The notes below the pieces were generated by a model. The model did not search any database. It was not told where the DNA came from and worked only from the letters and a program-made list of their open reading frames with translations. From Opitutus sp. GAS368 (lineage in GTDB: Bacteria; Verrucomicrobiota; Verrucomicrobiia; Opitutales; Opitutaceae), in contig CAMAVZ010000003.1 of assembly GCA_945861645.1 (NCBI GenBank), positions 28,629 to 92,628 on the forward strand: a stretch of DNA of 64,000 bases, given 5' to 3'. Within the stretch, counting starts at the first letter, position 1. Each line of letters starts with the position of its first letter. Of this stretch, positions 19,462 to 28,383 are shown in pieces. Both the position numbers and the translations under genes were made by a program.

Positions 19462-19653
19462 ATGAGCGGAACCATTATTTTAGCGCTAATCGTGCTCGGG
19501 TTATTGGCGGCGGCCGCTTTAACTTTTAAGCCACTCAGAAAAACCATAGGTCTGTTGCTGGTGATATTGGGGGCAATCGCTTGCCTCACTTTCTTCGGTT
19601 TAATCATCGGCGTGCCCATGATCATCGTCGGGGGCATCTTACTATTTATTTAA
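19462..19653 (+). CDS. Small hydrophobic membrane protein (63 aa)
   Basis: ATG 19462; two to three hydrophobic segments; fills the gap between dusB and the C-S lyase. Confidence 0.65.
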   Translation: MSGTIILALIVLGLLAAAALTFKPLRKTIGLLLVILGAIACLTFFGLIIGVPMIIVGGILLFI

Positions 19654-19679
19654 AAAAAGGCGCCCAGCGGCGCATTTTT
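19652..19679. terminator. Possible bidirectional terminator
   Basis: A-tract, GCGCC-cagc-GGCGC, T-tract between convergent genes; short stem. Confidence 0.45.
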
Positions 19680-19720
19680 AAGCTCACTGACCGATGGAAT
19701 AAATCGGGCCGTGGCAGGAA

Positions 19721-20878
19721 TTAAGTTAACTTTGCGGCGACCGCGCGTTTCATGCGCTGGAGAGCTTCCTGGAGGGTTGCGCGAGGGCAGCCAAAGTTCA
19801 GGCGGACGTGGCGGCCGCGCGGTTCACCGAAAAAAGAACCTTCACTTAAGCCGACGCCATGTTGTTCAAAATAGGCGACGGGGTCAGCGAGTTTCAGCGC
19901 AGCTACATTAAGCCACGCGAGATAAGTTGCCTCAATGGGCGCCTCGATGGTGATGCCGGGGAGCTCGCGTGCGACGAAATCAAGGATGAGCTCGCGATTG
20001 CTCCGGAGCGTTTGGAGCAAAGCTTGGCGCCAAGGCTCGCTATCACGATAAGCGGCCTCGCAGGCGGTAAAGCCTAAGGCGTTCACTTCGGCCATAATAC
20101 CGGCTGAAGCGCGGATAAATTTGGCGCGCAGGGCAGCATCAGAAATAATGGCCATCGAAGTGCAAAGGCCGGGAACATTATACGTCTTACTCGGTGCCAT
20201 CAACGTGATGGTGCGTTGGGCCAGGGCAGCTCCTAAAGAAGCCGCGGGGAGATGAGGGAGATCGTCCAGAATCAGCCCGCAATGGATTTCATCAGAGCAG
20301 AGTATCAGATTATGGCGGATACAGAATTCGCCGAGGCGCTCGAGCTCTGCGCGGCGCCAGACGCGCCCGACGGGATTGTGCGGGTTGCAGAGAAAAAATA
20401 GCTTGGTGCGTGGGGTGACGGCTCGTTCGAGCGCCACCCAGTCAATTTCCCAGCGATGGGCGCCGAGGCACAGCGGCACCGACGTAGAAATTCTCCCGCT
20501 ATTTTTTGGCCCAGAAATAAAGGGAGGATAAACCGGCGTCAGCGTCAGGACTTCTTCGCCGGGTTCGGCGTAAGCTTGCGCAGTTAAATTGAGCCCCGCC
20601 ACTAAGCCCGGGAGCCACACGATCCAGGTGGGATCAATCGTCCAGCTGTAACGCTGAGCCATGGCATCGACAAAAGCATTTACCGTCGAAGCCATTGGGC
20701 GGGCGTAACCGTAAACACCTTCCGCCACGCGTTGCTGCAGGGCGGCCACGATGGCGGGGGAGGCCTTGAAGTCCATGTCGGCGACCCATAGGGGGAGAAT
20801 GTCGCGGCCCGCATATTTCTGCCATTTCTGGGAGTCGGTGCCCAGGCGCTGAGGAACATGGTCGAAATCAAAGGTCAT
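19721..20878 (-). CDS. PatB/MalY family PLP-dependent C-S lyase (cystathionine beta-lyase-like)
   Basis: LPLWVADMDF, GVYGY, LCNPHNPVGRVW, SDEIH, APSKTYN, RLNFGCP. Confidence 0.92.
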   Translation of the reverse strand: MTFDFDHVPQRLGTDSQKWQKYAGRDILPLWVADMDFKASPAIVAALQQRVAEGVYGYARPMASTVNAFVDAMAQRYSWTIDPTWIVWLPGLVAGLNLTAQAYAEPGEEVLTLTPVYPPFISGPKNSGRISTSVPLCLGAHRWEIDWVALERAVTPRTKLFFLCNPHNPVGRVWRRAELERLGEFCIRHNLILCSDEIHCGLILDDLPHLPAASLGAALAQRTITLMAPSKTYNVPGLCTSMAIISDAALRAKFIRASAGIMAEVNALGFTACEAAYRDSEPWRQALLQTLRSNRELILDFVARELPGITIEAPIEATYLAWLNVAALKLADPVAYFEQHGVGLSEGSFFGEPRGRHVRLNFGCPRATLQEALQRMKRAVAAKLT

Positions 20879-21064
20879 GGGTGAAGTCGGTAAGTAAAAC
20901 TACGGACCGCAGGGACGCCACGGAAATTTTAAGTGGGGCGTCGGGGCGCCAAGCTGCCCCAGCGGGCGGGGTTAAAGCGAGTGATCGGTTAAGGACGAAC
21001 GGATTGACGCTCGCGGGCGGGCCAGAAACATCGGCGCTAGCTATTAGGTCCCTTTCTTTTCCGC

Positions 21065-21297
21065 ATGGCGCCTTTAACCCTCCTTGGGAGTTTGCTTGGG
21101 CGGTGCTCAGCATCGGGTTGATCGATATTGTGCTGGCGAGCGACAACGCCGTGGTGATTGCTCTCGCGGTGCGAACACTCCCGCCGAAGCAGCGGCTGAT
21201 GGGCATTTTGCTGGGTTCGGGGGTCGCGGTCCTGCTGCGTGTCAGCTTAACTTTTATCGTGGCAGCATGGCCCGAGCAAGGGACTGCTCAGGCCTAA
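21065..21297 (+). pseudogene. Truncated YjbE/TerC-family membrane protein fragment
   Basis: LSIGLIDIVLASDNAVVIALAVRTLPPKQR..GI..G...AVLLRV is the family N-terminus, but the ORF stops after two helices. The nearest upstream ATG (21065) is out of frame with it. Confidence 0.7.
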
Positions 21298-21348
21298 ATT
21301 TTTTTGGCGATCGGCTGGGGTGCCGTAAGGCTGGGCCAATGTTTCAAT

Positions 21349-21375
21349 AAAAAAGCCGGACTAAGTCCGGCTTTT
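21349..21375. terminator. Bidirectional intrinsic terminator
   Basis: AAAAAA-GCCGGAC-taa-GTCCGGC-TTTT. Confidence 0.85.
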
Positions 21376-21416
21376 GAAAATCCTCAGAGGCAAGGAGCTT
21401 GCCGTGGTGTGATCAG

Positions 21417-21824
21417 TTATTCGCGACCGTAGCCGCCGCCATCGCGTTCACCCCCACCTTCACCGCGCCCGCCGCGATAACCACCGCCGCCGCCGCGCCC
21501 GCCGCGGCCACCACCACCACCGCGATAACCACCACCGCCGCCACCTTCGCCAAATGAACGGGGGGCGCGCTCTTCGCGGGGACGAGCGATATTAACGGAG
21601 AGGGCCCGGCCTTCGATTTCGTGGCCGTGAAATTGTTCAACTGCCTTTTGCGCCTCGTCGCCATTGCCCATCGTCACGAAGGCAAAGCCGCGGGAGCGGC
21701 CAGTGAATTTGTCGAAGATAATTTCGACGACATTGACGGTACCAACTTGGCCAAACAGGGCTTCGAGGTCCTGGGCGGTGCTAGCGAAGGGCAAATTCCC
21801 GACGTAGAGCTTACTGTTTTCCAT
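21417..21824 (-). CDS. RRM RNA-binding protein with Gly/Arg-rich tail
   Basis: KLYVGNL (RNP2), SRGFAFVTM (RNP1), RGG-rich C-terminus. Confidence 0.95.
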   Translation of the reverse strand: MENSKLYVGNLPFASTAQDLEALFGQVGTVNVVEIIFDKFTGRSRGFAFVTMGNGDEAQKAVEQFHGHEIEGRALSVNIARPREERAPRSFGEGGGGGGYRGGGGGRGGRGGGGGYRGGRGEGGGERDGGGYGRE

Positions 21825-22102
21825 GGGATGATGAGAGCTGATGATGTCGCCCGACCGCCCGTCTCCGAAACTCGGATTTCAAATCATCACTGAACTCAAC
21901 GCTCACCTGACAATTCTCCGTAGCGATAGAATCTAACAAATAACCAACTCAACGAGGTGTAGGCTGGAGATTTAGGCGTTTTAGGCAAGCGATTTTCCCA
22001 TGCCTCGCTGGCGGCCGGCGCCGTAAAAGGGGAGGCAGGGGCGCGCCGGTTGATGAAATATTTCGTGCACCGCTCGGCAGTTCGCCTAAGATGGAATCTC
22101 CT

Positions 22103-23974
22103 ATGTCCCGCCCAGATCCCATGCCGTTGCTTAATGCAGGGGACGGAGTTTTGGTGCGACGACTTTTCGGCCTAGCGTGGCGTTATCGCCTCCATTCGCT
22201 GCAGGTGCTCGGGATTCAGCTGATTCTGCTGACCCTTGGAATCGGCGGTCTCAGCTTCACGGGAGTCGGAATCGATTATATTCGGCATCAACTTGACCAC
22301 ACGCCAGTGGTTGGCTCGCTGCCTAGGCTGCTGCCTACTGACTGGCCGCCGATGCACGTGCTGGCACTCTTGGCGGGGCTAATTTTGCTTTTCGCCCTCG
22401 TGCGCGCGGGGCTCAATTATATCTACGCAGTTTCGGTGAACCAACTAGTTCAGCAAAAACTTGTCGTCGATCTGCGCGGAGAGGTTTATGATAAGCTCCA
22501 GCAGTTAAGTTTTCGGTTCTTTGACGCGAACACGACCGGTTCAATTATTACGCGAGTAACCGGTGATGTGCAATCGGTGCGTATGTTCGTGGATCAGGTG
22601 CTGATTCAGAGTGTGATCATGGTGATTTCACTGACCGCTTACGTTTTCTACATGGCGAGTCTGAGTCCTAGTTTGACGCTGGCTTGTTTGGCGACGACCC
22701 CGATCTTGTGGGTGTTGTCGGCGTGGTTCTCGCGGAAAGTTCAGCCGGAGATGTTGCACAACCGGACGCTCGTGGAGAAAATGGTCCAGATTTTGGCCGA
22801 GAGCATTCAAGGCATAGCGGTGACGAAGGGCTTTGGTCGTGAGGCGGAGGCCCGCGCGAAATTTGCGGCGGCGAACAACGCCGTACTCGCGCAGCAGGGA
22901 GATATTTTTTGGCACATGAGTTTGTTTTCCCCGGCGGTTGGCTTCCTGACGCGCATTAACATGATGGTTTTGCTGGGCTATGGCGGTTGGCTGGTGGCCC
23001 ATGATCGCCTGCCGCTCGGGACTGGGCTCATCGTCTTTGCCGGACTCCTCGAGCAATTTTCTGGTCAGGTTAATAACGTCGCGGGCATCGTTAATAGCGT
23101 GCAGCAATCGCTGATTGGCGCGCGCCGAGTGTTTGAAATTCTCGACGCGCCCGTGGAAGTGAAGAGTGCGGCTGATGCGGTGCGGCGGGTTAAGTTCGAT
23201 GGGGCCGTCGAGTTTGTGAACGTTTCTTTTGCCTACGACGGGGCGGAAGCGGTGGTGCGCGACCTTAATTTAACGGTGAAGCCCGGCCAGTGCGTTGCAA
23301 TTCTCGGCGAAACCGGAGCAGGGAAGAGCGTCTTGATGAGTTTGATCCCGCGTTTTTTTGATCCCACGGCTGGGCAGGTATTAATCGATGGCCTTGATGT
23401 TCGGCGGCTCAGCCTCGAAGATTTGCGGCGTAATATCGGTTTGGTTTTTCAGGAAAGCTTCCTGTTTTCTAACACCATTGGGGCGAATATTGCTTTTGGT
23501 CATCCGCGCGCGACCCGTGAGCAAATTGAGCGGGCGGCCAAAATTGCCGCGGCCCATGATTTTATCACGGCCCTCCCGCAGGGTTACGATACCGTGTTGG
23601 GGGAGAGCGGTAATAGTCTTTCGGGTGGGCAACGGCAGCGGTTGGCTATTGCGCGGGCCGTCTTGCTGGAACCGGCCATTTTATTGCTTGATGATCCGAC
23701 GGCTGCGATCGACAGCGAAACCGAACACGAAATTTTCGAGGCGCTCGATCGAGCGATTGCGGGTCGGACTACTTTTATCGTAGCGCATCGCCTGAGCACC
23801 TTGCGGCGGGCTGATTTTATTATCGTGATGGAAGCCGGTCGCATTGTGCAGCGCGGCACGCATGAAGAATTAATGCAGCGCCCCGGTCCTTATCTGCGGG
23901 TGGCCAATCTGCAGTTAGTCGATGGGCGTGATTTGCAGCTGCTCGGTTTAGCCGGCGGGGAGGCCACCCCATGA
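22103..23974 (+). CDS. ABC exporter half-transporter (TMD+NBD), subunit with non-canonical Walker B
   Basis: GETGAGKS, LSGGQRQR, LLLDD (Asp in place of catalytic Glu), AHRLST. Start 22091 or 22103. Confidence 0.92.
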   Translation: MSRPDPMPLLNAGDGVLVRRLFGLAWRYRLHSLQVLGIQLILLTLGIGGLSFTGVGIDYIRHQLDHTPVVGSLPRLLPTDWPPMHVLALLAGLILLFALVRAGLNYIYAVSVNQLVQQKLVVDLRGEVYDKLQQLSFRFFDANTTGSIITRVTGDVQSVRMFVDQVLIQSVIMVISLTAYVFYMASLSPSLTLACLATTPILWVLSAWFSRKVQPEMLHNRTLVEKMVQILAESIQGIAVTKGFGREAEARAKFAAANNAVLAQQGDIFWHMSLFSPAVGFLTRINMMVLLGYGGWLVAHDRLPLGTGLIVFAGLLEQFSGQVNNVAGIVNSVQQSLIGARRVFEILDAPVEVKSAADAVRRVKFDGAVEFVNVSFAYDGAEAVVRDLNLTVKPGQCVAILGETGAGKSVLMSLIPRFFDPTAGQVLIDGLDVRRLSLEDLRRNIGLVFQESFLFSNTIGANIAFGHPRATREQIERAAKIAAAHDFITALPQGYDTVLGESGNSLSGGQRQRLAIARAVLLEPAILLLDDPTAAIDSETEHEIFEALDRAIAGRTTFIVAHRLSTLRRADFIIVMEAGRIVQRGTHEELMQRPGPYLRVANLQLVDGRDLQLLGLAGGEATP

Positions 23975-25824
23975 GTTTGCCCAAGCCATTAGCCCGGGCC
24001 ATGACCCTCGTGCAGCATCCACGGGATGAAGATGCTGCTGATGAGCAATTCAAGCCGCTCGAATGGGGCCTGATTCGCCGCCTCTTTACTTATACTGCTC
24101 CGATCAAGAGCAAGGTCATCATCTTGGTGGTCATGACCATTGTTCGCTCGGCGCAATTACCGGCGCTCGGCTGGCTCATGGCTTTAATTATTAAAGGACC
24201 AATTACCGGCCGAGATTTTGCCGGCCTCGCTTGGGGGGTGGCGGCGTACGGGGTCCTCGCGCTGACGACCGATGGGCTGTTTCACTTCCGGCAGCGTTTT
24301 GCTTTAGAGATTGGGGAGACGGTGGTGAATGGTTTACGCGCGGAGATTTTCACGAAGCTGCTCCGTCAGCCGATGAGCTTTTTCCATCGCATCAAGCTCG
24401 GGCGCATTATTGGCCGAGTCACGAGCGATGTGGAGGCCGTACGGACGGGGATTCAGGATGTGCTTTTTGTCAGCGTGATCCAATTCGGCTCGATGATATT
24501 TTCCGCTATTGTGATGGCGTGGAGCGACTGGGTGCTTTTTCTCGTCGTACTCGCGTTGGCGCCAGTGTTGTGGCTCATCAGCCGGCATTTTCGTTCGCGG
24601 CTTAGTCAATACTCGCGGGCTTCGCAGGAAAGTTTTAGTCGGGTCACCGCCACTTTGGCTGAGTCGGTGAACGGCATTCGCGTGACCCAAGGTTTTGTTC
24701 GTCAGGAAACCAACGCCGGTTTGTTTCGCAGTTTATTGGCTGATCATGCGCGGTACAATATCGCCCTAGCGCGGACCTCGGCTATTCTCACCCCGCTCTT
24801 GGAATTGAACAGTCAGTTTTTCGTGGCCATTCTCCTCTTGGTGGGCGGCGGCCGCGTGTTTCACGGCGACATGTCGATAGGCGGCCTCATCACCTTTTTT
24901 CTGCTGGCTAACCAGTTCTTTGCGCCCATCGCCATTATTGGTAATCAATACAATCAGGCGCTCATCGCGATGGCGGGCGCCGAGCGCGTCTTCCGCTTGA
25001 TTGATGTCGTGCCGGATTGGGCGGATGCACCGACGGCCATTAATTTACCGGATCCGCGCTTGATCAATCCATCGAGTGGGCGGGGGGCGCGGGTCGAGTT
25101 GCGTGGGGTGACTTTTGGCTATGACCCCGCGCGCGCGGTTTTGCATGACGTCAGTTTCGTCGCTGAGCCCGGTCAGACCATCGCGCTGGTTGGGCATACG
25201 GGCAGCGGCAAGAGCTCGATTATTAATCTGGTCGCCAAGTTTTATTTGGCCACTGGCGGCCAGGTGTTGGTCGATGATCGAGACATGCGGACCCTGACGG
25301 GCCAATCGCTGCATCGCCAAATGGGGATGGTCCAGCAACAGAATGTGCTCTTTAGCGGCACCGTGATGGAAAATATTCGACTGAGTCGGCCGGAGGCCAC
25401 GGATCAAGAGGTTCGCGCGGCGGCAGCCTCGCTAGCTTGTCTCGATCTGCTGGAGGCCTTGCCGCTTGGTCTGCAAACTGAGGTGGGGGAGAAGGGCGCG
25501 GGGTTGTCCGTTGGTCAGCGCCAGCTGATCTGTTTTACGCGAGCGCTGCTCGCGGATCCGCGCATTCTCTTGCTCGATGAGGCCACCAGTTCGATCGATG
25601 CCCTCACGGAAGCGCGCTTACAGCAGGCGTTGCAGAAATTACTGGTGGGCCGCACGAGTTTAGTGGTCGCCCATCGCCTCAGCACGATTCGGCATGCGGA
25701 TGTTGTCCTCGTGCTGGATCAAGGGCGGATTATTGAGCGTGGTTCGCATCATGAGCTCCTGATGCGCCGCGGACATTACGCCGCCTTGTACCGTCAATTT
25801 GTGCAGGTGGACGATCAAGGGTGA
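23971..25824 (+). CDS. ABC exporter half-transporter (TMD+NBD), partner subunit
   Basis: GHTGSGKS, LSVGQRQ, LLLDEATS, AHRLST; 4-bp ATGA overlap with the upstream gene. Confidence 0.92.
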   Translation: MSLPKPLARAMTLVQHPRDEDAADEQFKPLEWGLIRRLFTYTAPIKSKVIILVVMTIVRSAQLPALGWLMALIIKGPITGRDFAGLAWGVAAYGVLALTTDGLFHFRQRFALEIGETVVNGLRAEIFTKLLRQPMSFFHRIKLGRIIGRVTSDVEAVRTGIQDVLFVSVIQFGSMIFSAIVMAWSDWVLFLVVLALAPVLWLISRHFRSRLSQYSRASQESFSRVTATLAESVNGIRVTQGFVRQETNAGLFRSLLADHARYNIALARTSAILTPLLELNSQFFVAILLLVGGGRVFHGDMSIGGLITFFLLANQFFAPIAIIGNQYNQALIAMAGAERVFRLIDVVPDWADAPTAINLPDPRLINPSSGRGARVELRGVTFGYDPARAVLHDVSFVAEPGQTIALVGHTGSGKSSIINLVAKFYLATGGQVLVDDRDMRTLTGQSLHRQMGMVQQQNVLFSGTVMENIRLSRPEATDQEVRAAAASLACLDLLEALPLGLQTEVGEKGAGLSVGQRQLICFTRALLADPRILLLDEATSSIDALTEARLQQALQKLLVGRTSLVVAHRLSTIRHADVVLVLDQGRIIERGSHHELLMRRGHYAALYRQFVQVDDQG

Positions 25825-25960
25825 GTCGGCCCGGGTGAATTACGCGGAAAGGGCAAAAATAAATTAGGGGAAACCCCTTTCATTTCCCCTCTGAAAAAAG
25901 ATGATTCCCCTCTAGAAAATCGTTGCATTGCCCTAAAGCACTGCTATCAAGAATACCACT

Positions 25961-26230
25961 ATGGCAAAAAAATCCACTCGTAAACCAAACGCCGCTTTCA
26001 TGAAGCCGGTAACTCCCGATGCCAAGCTCGCGCTTGTCGTTGGTTCCAATCCGCTGCCCCGCACGGAAATGACCAAGAAACTCTGGGTCTACATCAAGAA
26101 GAATGGCCTCCAGGACAAAAAGAATCGCCGCATGATCAATGCCGACGACGCCCTCAAGGCGGTCTTCAACGGCAAGACTCAAGTGAGCATGTTCGACATG
26201 ACCAAGTTGGTCAGCAAGCACGTCTCGTAA
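25961..26230 (+). CDS. Stand-alone SWIB/MDM2 domain protein
   Basis: FMKP....LA.VVG..PLPRTEMTKKLWVYIKKNGLQD.KNRRMINAD..LK.VF.G...VSMF.MTKLVSKH. Confidence 0.93.
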   Translation: MAKKSTRKPNAAFMKPVTPDAKLALVVGSNPLPRTEMTKKLWVYIKKNGLQDKKNRRMINADDALKAVFNGKTQVSMFDMTKLVSKHVS

Positions 26231-26257
26231 GACTTTTGCTTTTTAGCGAAATTCAAG

Positions 26258-26293
26258 AAACCGCCGCGGAGTAATCCGCGGCGGTTTTGTTTT
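26258..26293 (+). terminator. Intrinsic terminator
   Basis: AAACCGCCGCGGA-gtaa-TCCGCGGCGGTTT then TGTTTT. Confidence 0.88.
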
Positions 26294-26395
26294 AATGCGC
26301 CGCGCGGCGCGTAAAATAGCCTTCCATTAAGCCTTGCGGCTCGAGTGAGTCGTCCGCGGCTGCGGGGGTGCCTTGCTTAACTGTTTACTGATTTT

Positions 26396-27361
26396 ATGGT
26401 CGCCGATCATTCGCTGCACCGCCGAGCTGTTGGGATGCTCCTGCTCGCCAATTTGTATTGGGGGCTGAGTTTCCCGTTGGTTAAGTCGATCGCTTTAGTC
26501 CATGCGCAGCTGGTGCCGGCGAGTAGCACTTGGTTTATTGCCGCCTATACCATTGCCCCGCGATTTTTACTCGCGACCTTGGTGCTCACGGTAGTCTTGG
26601 GGCAGAAAATCCGCACCATCACGCGGCGAGAAATTGAGCAAGGCAGCTGGCTCGGGTTAATGGCCGGCGGCGGAATGCTCTTACAAAATGATGGACTCCA
26701 ATTTACCTCGGTCTCGGTTTCATCTTTTCTGACCCAGCTTTACGCGATCATGATTCCCTTTTACTTTGCGTTGCAGCTCCGGCGCTGGCCCTCCCCGCTG
26801 ATCCTCGGTTGTGCGGCGCTGGTTTTTGTCGGGGTTGCCGTGCTGGGGCGATTTGATTTTTGGGCCCTGCGGATTGGGCGGGGTGAACTTGAAACACTCC
26901 TTTGCTCGGGATTCTTTATGGCGCAGATTTTGTTGCTCGAGGGCAAGCGCTACGCTGCCAACCGGGCGCTGCCGATTACCTTGGTCATGTTTGTGGTGGA
27001 AGCGCTGGTGTTTTCAATCGTATCGGGGGTCACGGCCCCTCAACTCAGCGATTTGCTGATCCCGTGGACCAACGGTCCTTGGCTCGTGTTCACCGGCCTG
27101 TTGACGGTCTTCTGCACGCTGGGCTCTTTTATTCTAATGAATCAGTGGCAGCCAAAAATCACGGCCACCGAGGCGGGGCTCATTTACTGTTTGGAGCCGA
27201 TCTTTGCTTCAATCATGGCGCTATTTTTACCAGCTATTTTTGCGGCGTGGGCTGGGTTCACTTACGCCAACGAACAGCTGACTTGGCATTTGTTGCTCGG
27301 CGGTGGGCTCATCACGCTCGCCAACGTGCTGCTCCAGCTCAACCCCCCGGCTAAAACTTAA
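26396..27361 (+). CDS. DMT/EamA family transporter
   Basis: WGLSFPLVK, LQ..GLQFT, Q.KITATEAGLIYCLEPIFA; ~10 TM. Confidence 0.88.
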   Translation: MVADHSLHRRAVGMLLLANLYWGLSFPLVKSIALVHAQLVPASSTWFIAAYTIAPRFLLATLVLTVVLGQKIRTITRREIEQGSWLGLMAGGGMLLQNDGLQFTSVSVSSFLTQLYAIMIPFYFALQLRRWPSPLILGCAALVFVGVAVLGRFDFWALRIGRGELETLLCSGFFMAQILLLEGKRYAANRALPITLVMFVVEALVFSIVSGVTAPQLSDLLIPWTNGPWLVFTGLLTVFCTLGSFILMNQWQPKITATEAGLIYCLEPIFASIMALFLPAIFAAWAGFTYANEQLTWHLLLGGGLITLANVLLQLNPPAKT

Positions 27362-27394
27362 AGCGCTCCGGTGCGTGTTCGCCGGCCGAGTTTT

Positions 27395-28258
27395 TTAACT
27401 GGTCGCGGCGGCAAGCGGAGTGACGCGGCGTAAGGAATGAAGCGCGCGCCAGGTGACGGCCCCCACCACGATAGCTCCGCCGACTAGGGCGAGGCGGCTG
27501 GGTCGTTCGCCGATGAAGAGCAACACCCAGAGTGGATTTAAAATTGGCTCGATGATCGGAATGAGCACGGCTTCAAGGGCGGTGACCTGCTTGAGCGCAC
27601 GGGCATAGAAAAGATAGGCGAGGCCGAGTTGCACTAAGCCGAGTAAAAGTAACGCCACCATGCCGCTCGGGGCGAGGGCCGGGGCCGAACTCAGTGCAGG
27701 CAATCCAATGAGCAACGCGAGCCCGTTGCCTAAAATTATCGATTCAATAGGCGAGCCGTTCTTCTGCTTGCGGAGGAGCAGAATCATGAGACCGAAGCAG
27801 AAGCCACTCGCGATCGAGACGGCGATCCCGGTAAGATCATGGAGGCGGAGGCCATCAAAGAGAAAAACACCCATGCCGATAAAGGTGGCGAGAATTGTCC
27901 ACCAGTCGGCCCGTGAGGCGCGTTCACCAAGCAGCCAGGCACCTAAAAGCGCCACCCAAACGGGCGCGGTATATTGAAGAAGTATCGCATTGGCCGCCGT
28001 AGTAAGTTTATTGGCCGCAGCAAAAAGGATGGTGCAGCCGGCAAAAGCCACCGCAGCGCCGAGTTGCAGGGGCGACCACGTGAAGCGCAAGGTGCGCCAA
28101 CATACGATGAGTAAAAATAGGGCGGCAATACCTCCGCGACCACCAGCCACGGCCAGGCTCGGCCAGGCCACGGATTTAAGAAGGACTCCGCCTAGGCTCC
28201 AACAAAGGGCCGCCAACAGTAAGAGGCCGACAGATTTTCGATGAGCAGGATCCTTCAC
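27395..28258 (-). CDS. DMT/EamA family transporter
   Basis: WSLGGVLLK, ANKLTTAANAILLQYTAP, IEPILNPLWV...GERP. Confidence 0.88.
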   Translation of the reverse strand: MKDPAHRKSVGLLLLAALCWSLGGVLLKSVAWPSLAVAGGRGGIAALFLLIVCWRTLRFTWSPLQLGAAVAFAGCTILFAAANKLTTAANAILLQYTAPVWVALLGAWLLGERASRADWWTILATFIGMGVFLFDGLRLHDLTGIAVSIASGFCFGLMILLLRKQKNGSPIESIILGNGLALLIGLPALSSAPALAPSGMVALLLLGLVQLGLAYLFYARALKQVTALEAVLIPIIEPILNPLWVLLFIGERPSRLALVGGAIVVGAVTWRALHSLRRVTPLAAATS

Positions 28259-28383
28259 GCAGAAACCACCTATGACGAAATTAGAGCGGGGTGGGAACTC
28301 TGAATAATGGCCGCAAAGGCGACCTTGTTCAGAGGGGATGCTGCCCTAAATAACTAATCGTCTTAGCAGTTAGCCCCCGGAAA

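Noticed and set aside
21440-21545. CCACCGCCG-type tandem repeats as a CRISPR or VNTR element
   Set aside because: They encode the Gly/Arg-rich tail of the RRM protein; there is no repeat-spacer structure.
22103-25824. Degenerate Walker B (LLLDD) as a sign of an inactive ABC transporter
   Set aside because: One degenerate site is normal for heterodimeric exporters of the TM287/288 type.
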